A stretch of 64,000 nt of DNA from an uncultured Bacillota bacterium (lineage in GTDB: Bacteria; Sysuimicrobiota; Sysuimicrobiia; Sysuimicrobiales; Segetimicrobiaceae): assembly GCA_963804645.1 (NCBI GenBank), contig CAWDRG010000017.1:64001-128000 (forward strand), given 5' to 3'. The notes under the pieces are model-generated. The model was not told the origin of the DNA. It was given only the letters and a program-made list of their open reading frames with translations, and made no database searches. Positions 1 through 12,148 of this stretch are shown here, one piece after another; the stretch's first letter is position 1, and the number at the start of each line of letters is the position of its first letter. Position numbers and translations under genes: made by a program.

Positions 1-190
1 GTTCCTCGTGCTCGGCGCCACGCTCAACCAGGCGGATCGGGTCCGCACGGACTATGCGACGATCAGTGCGATCCTTGAGACGTTCCGCATCATTCCGCAG
101 CACAGCAGCATCAGCCGACCCGGGACCACCGCGCTCGCACTCCCCGAGGTGACGGGCGCACCGCACCCGACGCCGTCCCCGCTTCCCTAA
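1..190 (+). CDS. 3' end of a hypothetical protein (truncated by window edge)
   Basis: Open frame from the window start to TAA at 188-190, with a Pro-rich tail; no recognisable motif. Confidence 0.5.
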   Translation, partial: FLVLGATLNQADRVRTDYATISAILETFRIIPQHSSISRPGTTALALPEVTGAPHPTPSPLP

Positions 191-253
191 GCGCAACACG
201 CAGCTGTTGGCCCGACGCCCGCCAGACGGCGCCCGGGGAACTCCCGCTGGCCG

Positions 254-1027
254 CTACGGGCAGACGTGCAGGAGTGCCGACGCGCCGATGGCGACGCCGG
301 CGGGCGCGAGCTGTTCCGCCCAGGCCTCGATCCCCACGACATGCCCACCGGGGTCCATGACGGGGGCCCCGCTGTGCCCCGGCTGCGGAGGACGTGCGGC
401 GACGAGGCGAAAGAGCGGCGTCCCATCCGGTGCCGTCCCGACGTCGCTCACCGTCCCCGTCGACGCCCACTGAAAGCCGGTCGGGTCAGAGCTGTCGCCC
501 ACCGTCAACCCGTAGCCCACCACGACCACGTGGTCGCCTACCTTCGGGTTGCCGCCCAGCGGATGCGTCGGGAATGTGGGCAGCGCCGCTCGGTGCGCAC
601 GATAGACATCTCCCGTGGCACCCACCTGAAACGTCTCCGCCGAGAACGCGGACGGCAGGAGCCTGACCTCCGCGACGTCGGCCCCGAAGACCGCGCGGTC
701 GAAGTTGGGATCCCCCGGCACCTCGCGCGCACACGCGATCTCGACGCTGTAGAACTCCTTGCCGACGACGGCCAGCAGTTGGTACTGGTCCGGGTGGTGC
801 TCCGCATCGACGACGACGTGATGATTGGTCAGCGCGGTGCCGTCGGGGCTGATAAAGAACGCGGTCCCCGTAGACACCCAGTGCTCGACGCCGTTGCGCG
901 GCGTCACCGTGACGAGGCGAAACACCGCGGGATCCGACGTGCGGAAGATCTTCTCCGCGGCGTGGCTCGGCAGCGCGCAGGCCAGCGCGAGCACCCCGAT
1001 GACCGTCAGTCGCGTGATGGTCCGCAT
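254..1027 (-). CDS. Secreted trypsin-like serine protease
   Basis: Signal peptide MRTITRLTVIGVLALACALPSHA; GTAFFISPDGTALTNHHV (His), ADVAEV (Asp), QPGHSGAP (Ser). ATG at 1027 chosen within the longer ORF. Confidence 0.8.
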   Translation of the reverse strand: MRTITRLTVIGVLALACALPSHAAEKIFRTSDPAVFRLVTVTPRNGVEHWVSTGTAFFISPDGTALTNHHVVVDAEHHPDQYQLLAVVGKEFYSVEIACAREVPGDPNFDRAVFGADVAEVRLLPSAFSAETFQVGATGDVYRAHRAALPTFPTHPLGGNPKVGDHVVVVGYGLTVGDSSDPTGFQWASTGTVSDVGTAPDGTPLFRLVAARPPQPGHSGAPVMDPGGHVVGIEAWAEQLAPAGVAIGASALLHVCP

Positions 1028-1219
1028 TCCGGTTCCCCCCGCCGGCGGTCCCCGCCGCCCTCGATCACGGCCATTGTAGCGTGAACGCGGCGGCACGGCC
1101 ACGGGGGATCCGCGTGCGGCGCGCGCCGCATCGCAGGAAGGCTCCGCTCGGCCGCGAATACCCGGGAGCGCCCGCGTCTCGACGGCCCGGCAGGCCGTGC
1201 GTGCGGCCGGGCCCATTCG

Positions 1220-2074
1220 ATGGCATCCCTCCTCGTGCTCCTGAGCGCGACCCTGTACGGGATCTCTCCCATCCTGGCAAAAATCGCCTACGCGTCCGGG
1301 GTCACTCCGCTCACCCTGCTCGCGTTGCGCGCGACTGTCGGGGCGCTCATCGTCTGGATCGCACTCGCCGTCACGCGGCGCACCGTGCCACGGGCGCAGT
1401 TCGGGCTGCTGCTGGCACTCGGGCTGACGCTGCTGCCGGCCCAGGTCTTCGCGTATTTCTACGCCCTCTCCGTCCTCCCGGCGTCGACCGCATCGGTCAT
1501 CGCCAACACCTCCCCGATTCACGTCGCGTGGATGAGCCGCGTGTTCCTGCGGGAATCGCTGCAGGCAGCGGACGTCGCGATCCTAATCGCGGTCGTCTCG
1601 GGCGCGGTGCTGGTCGCGGGCCAAACGCCGCAGTTCGGGCACGCGCTCGGCGCCGTGGCGCTGGCCGTGACGACGCTGGGTGCGGGGGGGTACCTCGTCG
1701 TGCAGCGGCATCTGGTGCGGGACATCCATCCGCTCTCGATCCTCGCGGTCGTCCTCCCCGCCTCCGCGGCCGTCTACTGGACCGCGGGACTGGCCGCGGG
1801 CCAAGTCCGGCTCGCGATGCCGCTGCCGGGGCAGCTCGCGGTAGCGGCGTCAAGCCTGAGCGGGGCGGTCGCGAGCCTGTGCGTGCTCGCCGCCCTGCGC
1901 GCGATCCCGGCGACCCGCACGGCGCTGCTCGGCATGCTGGAGCCGGTCGTCGCGGTGGTGTGCAGCGTCCTGCTGCTCGGAGACGAGATGACGGTGTGGC
2001 GCGGCGCTGGCATCGCCGTCGTCCTCGCCGGGATCACCCTACTCCAGACGCGTCGGGTCGCCGAGGTGCCTTAA
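1220..2074 (+). CDS. DMT/EamA family transporter
   Basis: About 10 hydrophobic segments in two EamA-like halves; LEPVVAV...LLLGD motif. Confidence 0.85.
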   Translation: MASLLVLLSATLYGISPILAKIAYASGVTPLTLLALRATVGALIVWIALAVTRRTVPRAQFGLLLALGLTLLPAQVFAYFYALSVLPASTASVIANTSPIHVAWMSRVFLRESLQAADVAILIAVVSGAVLVAGQTPQFGHALGAVALAVTTLGAGGYLVVQRHLVRDIHPLSILAVVLPASAAVYWTAGLAAGQVRLAMPLPGQLAVAASSLSGAVASLCVLAALRAIPATRTALLGMLEPVVAVVCSVLLLGDEMTVWRGAGIAVVLAGITLLQTRRVAEVP

Positions 2075-2251
2075 CCGGCCCGCCGCGGCCGGGGGCGGGC
2101 GCGAGGACAGATCCGCGTTGGTGAGCGGGTGATGTTGTTCGATCCGGAAACGCGCGCCTGGTACCCGGTCGAAGAGTCGGCGCGATACGACGAGTTCGTC
2201 CAGACGGGCGAGGACGGCCAGATCGTCGCGATGTGGCGGACGAAGAAGACC

Positions 2252-4618
<2,367 letters not shown>

Positions 4619-4652
4619 TCATCTCCCCCAGGTGCGGTTGTGGGGGGAGAAG

Positions 4653-5255
4653 GATGTCACTGCGCAGTGGGGAGACCGCCGTGAAGGCCGTGTCGGTCAA
4701 CGTAGGGACGCCGCGCGAAGTCCGCTGGAAGGACAAGCTCGTCACGACCGGCATGTTCAAGGCACCGGTGGACGTTCGGGTCACGATGCGCCGCCTGAAC
4801 CTGGACGGCGATCGACAAGCCGATCTGCGCGTGCACGGCGGTCCGAGCAAGGCCGTGTACACCTACCCGTCTGAGCATTACGCCTACTGGCAGCGGGAGT
4901 TTCCCGGGATGGAGCTGCCGTGGGGGATGTTCGGTGAGAATCTCACGACCCTCGCGCTGCTGGAACGCGACGTGCGGATCGGGGATCACGTCCGGGTCGG
5001 ATCGGCGGACGTCATCGTCACCGAGCCGCGGATGCCGTGCTACAAGCTCGGGCTGAAGTTCGGACGCGAGGACATCATCAAACGGTTCCCGGCAAGACAT
5101 CACGGAATTGTCCGCGGCGAAGACCGCCGATCCCGACATGCTGCGGGGCGCTGTCGAGTTGGACGCCCTACCCCAGTCGTGGCGGTCATACTTTCAACGC
5201 CGCCTTGAGCGCGCGCGGGATCATCACGCGCCGTATGGCTGGCCGCTGGGATCAA
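4653..5255 (+). pseudogene. MOSC domain (YiiM-like) protein with internal deletion and frameshift
   Basis: GDRQADLRVHGGPSKAVY, FGENLT, PRMPCYKL. After DIIKRF the frame jumps to the C-terminal 3-alpha-like segment (LRGAVELDALPQSWRSYF) in another frame; the GFYLRV..G segment is absent. Confidence 0.75.
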
Positions 5256-5299
5256 CCGGACGGGAGTCGCTCCATGGACGCCAACGAGGCCGTGAAGCC

Positions 5300-6520
5300 C
5301 TACGTCCGGGCCGCCCCCGCGGCCGCGACGGGCGCATCGGCGGCCGACGCCGGACCGTACCACCGCCCATCGTGAATCACCGCGTCGACCGACCGCACCG
5401 CTGAGACGTTGCGCAGCGGATCCGCCGACAGCACAATCAGGTCGGCCCGCTTGCCCGGCTCGACCGTACCGACCTCGTCGCCGAGACCGAGGAGGCGCGC
5501 CGCGTACGTGGTGGCCGCCCGCAGCGCCTGGTAAGGACCGAGCCCGATCCTCGCCAGGATCTCGATCTCGGTCGCGATGTCCGGGTGCGGCGCCGCGGGG
5601 GATCCATTGTCCGACCCCGCGGCAAAGCGGACGCCGGCGCGATGGGCCTCGAGGAAGCTCGCCACCTTGCGGTCCCAGGAGCGGTTCACGAGATCGATGA
5701 CGAAGGGCGGGAGGTGGTGCGCCGCCCCCGTCTCCTTCATCTTGTAGTAGATGGAAAACGTCGGGACGATGTAGGCCTCGCGCTCGAGTAGGAGATCAAT
5801 CGCCTCGCGGTCGAGGAACGAGGCGTGCTCGATCGAGTCGATCCCGGCGCGCAGGCAGTCCTTGATCGCGGTCGCCCCATGCGCGTGGGCGCACGTCGGC
5901 CGCGCGGCTTTGCGCGCCTCGTGCACGCCGGCCGTCAGCTCGTCGGGGTCCAGCTGGCTCGAAGCCGGCTGCTCGCCCTCTTCGGCAAACCCGCCGCTCG
6001 CCATGAACTTGACCCAATCCGTGCGCACCTTGATGCGCTCCCGCACCGCCCGGCGGACCGCGTCCGGCCCGTCGGTCTCCTGCCCGTAGAACCAGCCGTG
6101 GCCGCCCGTCATGGTGATCATCCGGCCGCACGCCACGATCCGGGGCCCGAGCAGATGCCCGGAGCGGATCGCGTCCCGCAGCACGACATCGCTGTCATCG
6201 AGGCCGCACGTGTCCCGAATCGTGGTGATCCCGGCCAAGAGCGTGCGCCGGGCGTTGTCCGCCGCCCGCAGCACGCGGACCCGCGGATCGAAGGCGAGCT
6301 CCTCTTCCACAAGGCCGCCGCTGATGGTGATGTGGGTGTGGGCGTCGATCAGGCCCGGCAGGACGTACTTTCCGCTGAGATCCACGACGCGGTCCGCCTC
6401 TCGCGGCGCGAGGTGCGGTCCGACCCCCGCGATCCGCCCGTCCGCGATGAGCACGTCGGCGGATGCCGGCTGCGCCTCCGGGCCCGCCATCGAGAGCACC
6501 GTCGCGTTCCTGAGCAGCAT
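5300..6520 (-). CDS. Metal-dependent amidohydrolase (Xaa-Pro dipeptidase-like subfamily)
   Basis: LPGLIDAHTH, GITTIRD, TGGHG, AHAHG, SIEHAS, AGSDNG, GKRADLIVL. Confidence 0.9.
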   Translation of the reverse strand: MLLRNATVLSMAGPEAQPASADVLIADGRIAGVGPHLAPREADRVVDLSGKYVLPGLIDAHTHITISGGLVEEELAFDPRVRVLRAADNARRTLLAGITTIRDTCGLDDSDVVLRDAIRSGHLLGPRIVACGRMITMTGGHGWFYGQETDGPDAVRRAVRERIKVRTDWVKFMASGGFAEEGEQPASSQLDPDELTAGVHEARKAARPTCAHAHGATAIKDCLRAGIDSIEHASFLDREAIDLLLEREAYIVPTFSIYYKMKETGAAHHLPPFVIDLVNRSWDRKVASFLEAHRAGVRFAAGSDNGSPAAPHPDIATEIEILARIGLGPYQALRAATTYAARLLGLGDEVGTVEPGKRADLIVLSADPLRNVSAVRSVDAVIHDGRWYGPASAADAPVAAAGAART

Positions 6521-6569
6521 CTGCGTCCCTCCGTCGTCGCTGTCTGCGCGCCGTCGAGCAGGCGGACGG

Positions 6570-7826
6570 CTAGCCGCCCACGACCACATCGCCGCCGAGC
6601 ATGACCATCGCCGGCCGGCGCAGCGCGGTGAGATCGGCCAGCGGATCGCCGGGCACGGCGATCATGTCGGCGGCGAGCCCCGCCCGCAGCGTGCCCGTCT
6701 CCCCCTCGATGCCGAGCACCGCCGCGGCCCCGGACGTCGCGGCGACGATCGCCTCGCTGGGGCTCGCCCCGGCGTCCGCGAGCAGCTCGATCTCGCGCGC
6801 CAGGCCGTCGAACGGCGTAAACCGCCAGCCCGCGTCGGTCCCCGCGATGTAGCGGACCCCGGCACGCCGCATCCGGCGGACGTTGTCCACGTTGGCCTCG
6901 TTCATGCGGTGCCACCGCTCGACGGCCGCGCGGTCCTCGGGCCGGGCGTCCGGGGCGCCGAGCCGCGGGCCGAGCGCGTCCACGATAAAGTAGCCGACGC
7001 ACAGCGTCGAGGTCACGCTCGCCGTCCGGGCCACCGCGTCTGCGACGTCGGGTTCGAACTGCTGGTGACCGGCTTCGTCGATCATAAACAGCGCGTGCTC
7101 GATGTGGTCGGTCCCGGCCGCGACGGCGTTCCGGGTGGCCGCGGCGCACGTGCAGTGAATCCCGGTGCGCCGGTTCAGCCGGTGCGCCTCGTCGACCGCC
7201 GCCCGCAGCTCCTCGACCGTGAACGACGGCCGGGACGAGATCGTGCCGACCGTCCCGCCGCCGCTCCCCATGATCTTGATGTAGTCCACTCCGGCGCGCA
7301 CCAGGCGCCGGACCATCTCCCGCATGCCTTCCGGGCCGTCCGTCTCTCCGCCGAAGTACCGGCAGTGCCCGCCCGTGATCGTGATCGGACAGCGGCACAG
7401 GTGCAGGCGCGGCAGCCGCGCGTACCCCAGCCGCTGCGCGCGGCGAAGATCCAGGGTGGTGTCGCGCATGCTCCCGCAGTCCCGCAGCGTCGTGATGCCC
7501 GCCCGCAGCGCGGTCTCGGCGTTCCGGTACGCGAGGGCGAGCTGCGTGCCATCGGGCTCCTGCACCGTCGTTTCGAACGGCGTGCCGTCGCCCGGGCACG
7601 TCAGGTGCACGTGCGCGTCGATCAGCCCCGGCAGCAGCGTGGCGCTGCCCAGGTCGAGGACCGGCGCATCGGGCGGCCACTCTCCGCGGGGCGCCTGGCC
7701 GGCGTGCACGCTGTGGATGACCCCGCCGCGCACCACGACGGTCGGGCGGCCGACCGGCGGCGCACCCGTCCCGTCACACAGGCGCGCGGCGCGCACGAGC
7801 AACCACGGGGACGGACCTGACGGCAT
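6570..7826 (-). CDS. Metal-dependent amidohydrolase
   Basis: LPGLIDAHVH, GITTLRD, TGGHC, IEHALF, AGTDAG. It is the C-terminal part of the 1117-aa track ORF, which is fused to the upstream gene by a frameshift. Confidence 0.9.
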   Translation of the reverse strand: MPSGPSPWLLVRAARLCDGTGAPPVGRPTVVVRGGVIHSVHAGQAPRGEWPPDAPVLDLGSATLLPGLIDAHVHLTCPGDGTPFETTVQEPDGTQLALAYRNAETALRAGITTLRDCGSMRDTTLDLRRAQRLGYARLPRLHLCRCPITITGGHCRYFGGETDGPEGMREMVRRLVRAGVDYIKIMGSGGGTVGTISSRPSFTVEELRAAVDEAHRLNRRTGIHCTCAAATRNAVAAGTDHIEHALFMIDEAGHQQFEPDVADAVARTASVTSTLCVGYFIVDALGPRLGAPDARPEDRAAVERWHRMNEANVDNVRRMRRAGVRYIAGTDAGWRFTPFDGLAREIELLADAGASPSEAIVAATSGAAAVLGIEGETGTLRAGLAADMIAVPGDPLADLTALRRPAMVMLGGDVVVGG

Positions 7827-7888
7827 CACGCACCACCTCTCGGCCGGGCCTCGGCCGGCACGCGCACGCGAGACGCTCGCGGCCGCAT

Positions 7889-9473
7889 CTACTTCTGGAC
7901 CCAGACGTCGCTCAGCACGGGATACGCCGAGTAGTTGTACTTGGTCCCCTGGACCGTGCTCCGCGCGACGTACACCGCCAGCTCGTCGAACAGCGGCACC
8001 GCGACCGCTTGATCGAGCACGATCCGCTCGACGCCGAGATACGCCGCGCGCCGCTTCGCCGGGTCGTATGTCTCCCGGCCCGCCGCCAGCAGCCGGTCGA
8101 TCTCGGGGTTGGCGTAGCACGAGAAATTGAAGTTGCCGCCGATGTTCGCCGAGTTGAACAGCGCGTTCAGCACCGTTCATGTCGGGATCTCGAAGGAACA
8201 GCTCCGGACCGTTGGTCGCGCAGTGCAGCGCGTCCTCGAACCACGGCGCGCGCGCCTGGCTCTTGATCTGGGCGTCGATACCCATCTCCAGCAGCTGCCC
8301 CTGGATCAGCTCGACCTCGGGAAAGTTACCGGACCCGTAGTTGACGGAGTCGAACACAACCGTGAGCGGCTTGCCGTCCTTCTGCCGGATGTTGTTGGGG
8401 CCCATGCGCCAGCCGTCCTCGTCCAACAGCTGCGCGGCCTTCTGTGGATTGTACCCGTAGGTGCTGCAGAACGACGGATCGTCGAGCGTGTAGCGCGTGA
8501 GCGGCGCGCACGCCACGGTCGCCTGCCCCTTGTAGAGGGCCTCCACCAGCGCGGCCCGATTGATGCCGTACTCGATCGCCTGGCGGACCTTGAGGTCGTT
8601 CGTGGGCGCGAGCCGCACGTTCAGCAGCCAAATGCGCGGGACGCCCGGGTACGGAGTCTTGTCGACCCGCAGGTTCTTATCGTCCGCGAGGCCGGACAGG
8701 ATGGCGGCGGGGATGGACTGGAAGCTGATCATCTGGGTTTCGCCGGTCTGCACCGTCGTCACGCGCGTCCCCGCCTCCGGGATGAACCGCCAGATGATCC
8801 GGTCGAGATAGGGCGGCCCGGCGTGATCGCTCCACGGCGCGCGCCGCGTGTACGCCGCGTTGCGCGTGAGCGTGACGTGGTCGCCCGCGACATACTCCGA
8901 GATCGTGAACGGACCGCTCGTGACCGGCCGCTGGCCCACCGCCGTGCCCTGCCCCGGCGTGGACTTCGGCGACACCAGGCCGAGCCACCCGCTGGCGAGA
9001 TACGTCAGGAACGGCGCGAACGGCGCCGAGAACGTCACGCGGACCGTGTGGTCGTCGACGACCGTCGTGCCGGTATACCCGTTCAGCGCGGAGAGCGCGA
9101 TGCCCGCCTTGAAGTTCGGGTTGACGACGCGGTCGAAGTTCCATTTCACGGCGGTGGCATCGACGGGCGCGCCGTCCGAGAACGTCGCGCCGGGGGCCAG
9201 CGTGAACGTAAACGTCTTTCCGTCGGGAGACACCTGGTACGCCGTCGCGAGCCACGGCACGAGCTTGCCGTTCGGTCCCTCGTAGAGCAGGCTTTCGGCG
9301 ACGTCCGCGTCCACGACGAACGTCGACGCGCTCGGGGAGGCCTGCGGATCCAGCGACGGGGGTTCCTGGTCCAGTCCGATCGTGAGCGTCCCGCCCCGTG
9401 TGGGCGCGGCGGCCGCGGTGCCGGCCGCCAGCGCGACCGCGGCTACGGCGACGATCATCCTCCGAAACAGCAT
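7889..9473 (-). CDS. ABC transporter substrate-binding protein (family 5, peptide/nickel type), split by one +1 frameshift near 8175
   Basis: Signal peptide; SLDPQ, PWLAT, GATFSDG, SGPFTI, VRQAIEYGINR. Removing one G in AACGGTGCTG joins it to the 7889..8173 ORF (YANPEIDRLL...). Confidence 0.85.
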
Positions 9474-9594
9474 GGACGGTCCTCTCATCCCTGGTATCCC
9501 CCTTCGCGTGGAGTACGTGGTGGCGTATCGTGCGGACGCCCCGGCCCGAGCACGGCGGGCGGCGTTTCCCCGGCTGCGCGTCGTGTAATGATGG

Positions 9595-9600
9595 ATTATA
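9595..9600 (-). promoter_or_regulatory. Candidate -10 box (TATAAT) for the binding-protein/amidohydrolase genes
   Basis: Perfect TATAAT in GC-rich intergenic DNA about 120 nt upstream of the ATG; no clear -35. Confidence 0.45.
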
Positions 9601-9646
9601 CGCCGGACGCGGCGGCTCCTGGCGGCCGCCCGCCGCACCGCGAGCG

Positions 9647-9823
9647 CTATCGGGATCGCAGCCCCACCGCCAGCATCACCCCGAACGTGGCGAGGTACGT
9701 GAGCGCGGCCGCGACCACGATCCCAACTGTCCAGCGGAGGTCGCGCACCCGGGCGAGGCGCAGGTAGAGGTACACCGCGAGAAACACCACGCACTCGACC
9801 GCGCCGAGCACCAGGAAGATCAT
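9647..9823 (-). CDS. Small two-helix membrane protein (58 aa, below ORF-track cutoff)
   Basis: MIFLVLGAVECVVFLAVYLYLRLARVRDLRWTVGIVVAAALTYLATFGVMLAVGLRSR*; GC-rich third positions; co-oriented with neighbours. Confidence 0.65.
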   Translation of the reverse strand: MIFLVLGAVECVVFLAVYLYLRLARVRDLRWTVGIVVAAALTYLATFGVMLAVGLRSR

Positions 9824-9886
9824 CGGACCGGCCAGGCGCGTCGTGGGCGCATCGGACTCGCGGAGCGCGGCTCGCCGGGCGCCGGC

Positions 9887-10318
9887 CTAGCCCGGGCGCC
9901 CGGGGCCCGCCGGCGGTCCCCACACGATCCGCCGGATCACCGGGGCGCCGTCCCGAAACGGCGGCGCCTCGATCCCCCAGCTCCAGTGCGCCGTGGGGGT
10001 GATCACAATCGCGGGCGCCGGCCCGGCCGGCCCGACGCGCTCGCCGATCATCGCGGTGCCGTGAACCTTCACGCCGCGCGGCGTCCAGCCGTCCGCCGGT
10101 GCATCGTCGACGACCAGCGCCACCCGGGAGTAATCTCGGACGTTTCGGTACTTGAGCGTGCGGGTCAAGGACAGTCCGCCCACGTAGAAGCGCGCCCCGT
10201 CAAACGCGTACGTCACCGGCGCCACATCGGGCTGCAACCCGCGCGAGACCGTCGCGATGCGAGCGAGGCGCTGTGCTCTGAGATAGGCGAGTTCGCGCTC
10301 CGAAAACACGCCGCTCAC
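9887..10318 (-). CDS. PPOX-class, probably F420-dependent, oxidoreductase
   Basis: FSERELAYLRAQRLARIATV..QPDVAPV, TLKYRNV, VALVVDD..WTPRGV, WSWGI. Confidence 0.85.
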   Translation of the reverse strand: MSGVFSERELAYLRAQRLARIATVSRGLQPDVAPVTYAFDGARFYVGGLSLTRTLKYRNVRDYSRVALVVDDAPADGWTPRGVKVHGTAMIGERVGPAGPAPAIVITPTAHWSWGIEAPPFRDGAPVIRRIVWGPPAGPGRPG

Positions 10319-10360
10319 CGTCCGGCCGCCGGCGCAGGGCGGTCCCCGCGCCGACCCCGG

Positions 10361-12148
10361 CTACCAGCCGATCGCGTAGCTGCGCTCGCCGCGGGAACTG
10401 GCGCCGCCCTCGATGAGCCGGCGGGCGGGGTCGTACGTGATCGCCGTGGTGTAATTGAAGCTCCAGTCGCCGGCCACCTGCACCTCGTGCCCGCGGGCGC
10501 GCAGCTCGTCGGTGACCGCCGACGCGACCCGCCCCTCGACGTCAAGATGCCGCGGGTGACTGTCGCGCGGGTAGAACGAGCTCGGCGCGTGCGTGCTGTG
10601 GAACGCGGGCACGTCGATCGCGTCCTGCACGTCCATGCCGAAGTCGACGAGGTTCAGGAAGAACTGCAGCGTCCACTGATCCTGCTGGTCGCCGCCCGGC
10701 GTCCCGAACACGACGTACGGCTCGCCGCGGCGCAGCACCAGCGACGGCGTGAGGGTCGTGCGCGGCCGCTTCCGCGGCGCGAGCGCCCCGGGGTGCCCTT
10801 CCGTCAGCCAGAACATCTGGGCCCGGGTACCGAGCGCAAAGCCGAGCCCGGGAATCACCGGCGAGCTCCTGAACCAGCCGCCGCTGGGGGTGGCGGAGAA
10901 CATGTTGCCGTCGGCATCCACGGCCCGCGTGCCCGTCGTCCCGCCGGCCCACGCGCGCCCTTCGACCGCCGCCAGCTCGGCCGGCGCGGTGCGTCCCTCG
11001 TATGGGTACGGGTCGCCCGGCCGCAGTTCTCCGGACGCGCGGCGCGGGTCGATCAGGGCGCGGCGCGCCGCCGCGTACTCCTTGGAGAGCAGGCCCCGCA
11101 GCGGCACGTCGGCGAACTCGGGGTCGCCGTAGTACCGCTCCCGGTCCGCCATCGCCAGCTTCGTGGCCTCCACGACCGTGTGGATGTAGTCCGCCGATCC
11201 GAGCCCCAGCGCCCGGAGGTCGAACCCCTCGAGCAGAGCGAGCTGCTGCAGGAACACCGGCCCCTGCGACCACGGCCCGCATTTGTACACGTCGTAGCCG
11301 CGGTAGTTGAACGTCGCCGGCGCCTCGATCTGCGCGTGAAACGCGGCGAAGTCCTCCTCGGTGAGCAGACCGTTCGAGACGGTGCCGTTGGCGTCGGTGA
11401 CCGTCGTGTCTCGCTGGAACGCGACGATCTCCTTCGCGATCGGACCGCGGTAGAAACAGTCCCGCGCGGCCTGCAGCGCCTCGCTGCGGCCGCGCGAACG
11501 TGCGCCCTGCTCCGCGTCCACGAGCCGCTCGAACGTGCGCGCGAGATCGGGGTTGCGCCAGGTGTCGCCGAGCGCCGGAGGCGCGCCGCCCGGCAGGAAC
11601 AGCGCGGCCGAGGTCGGCCACTCGCGCCGGAAGCGGTCCCCGTGCTCAACGATCGACCGGCGCATCGCCTCGTACATCGGGAACCCATTCGCGGCCAGCT
11701 CAATCGCCGGCGCCAACACCTGCGCCAGGCTCAGGCGCCCGTACCGGTCGAGCACCGTCACGAGCGCGTCCGGCACCGCGCAGACGCCCGCCGCCAGAAA
11801 CCCGTCGCCGGGAATCAGCGCGATGTCCCGCGCGCGGAACCACTCGATCGTCGCGGCGGCCGGCGCGCGCATGCTGCCGTCGATCACCACGACCTTTCGC
11901 TCGCGCGCGTCGTAGATGAGGATCGGGACCTCGCCGCCGAACCCGTAGCTCTGAAACTCGAGGACCGACTGCGCGAACACCATTGCGACGCCCGCGTCGA
12001 ACGCGTTCCCGCCGTGGGCGAGCATGCGCAGCCCGGCGGCGGCGGCGAGGTAGTGTCCGCAGGACGTGACGAGCGATCGGCCGCGGATCACCGGGCGCGT
12101 GGAGTTCGTCGCGAACTGCCAGTCGTTGTAGCCGGCGTTCGTGCTCAC
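10361..12148 (-). CDS. ggt: Gamma-glutamyltransferase family (Ntn hydrolase)
   Basis: GGNAFDAGVA, NPDLARTF, FYRGPIA, GTTGTRAVDADGN (nucleophile Thr), RPRTTLTP, GTPGGDQQDQ. GTG start overlaps the upstream stop. Confidence 0.9.
   Translation of the reverse strand: MSTNAGYNDWQFATNSTRPVIRGRSLVTSCGHYLAAAAGLRMLAHGGNAFDAGVAMVFAQSVLEFQSYGFGGEVPILIYDARERKVVVIDGSMRAPAAATIEWFRARDIALIPGDGFLAAGVCAVPDALVTVLDRYGRLSLAQVLAPAIELAANGFPMYEAMRRSIVEHGDRFRREWPTSAALFLPGGAPPALGDTWRNPDLARTFERLVDAEQGARSRGRSEALQAARDCFYRGPIAKEIVAFQRDTTVTDANGTVSNGLLTEEDFAAFHAQIEAPATFNYRGYDVYKCGPWSQGPVFLQQLALLEGFDLRALGLGSADYIHTVVEATKLAMADRERYYGDPEFADVPLRGLLSKEYAAARRALIDPRRASGELRPGDPYPYEGRTAPAELAAVEGRAWAGGTTGTRAVDADGNMFSATPSGGWFRSSPVIPGLGFALGTRAQMFWLTEGHPGALAPRKRPRTTLTPSLVLRRGEPYVVFGTPGGDQQDQWTLQFFLNLVDFGMDVQDAIDVPAFHSTHAPSSFYPRDSHPRHLDVEGRVASAVTDELRARGHEVQVAGDWSFNYTTAITYDPARRLIEGGASSRGERSYAIGW

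Noticed and set aside
6570..9923. 1117-aa apparent binding-protein/amidohydrolase fusion in the ORF track
   Set aside because: Artefact of the +1 frameshift near 8175; the binding protein's true C-terminus is in another frame with its own stop at 7889.
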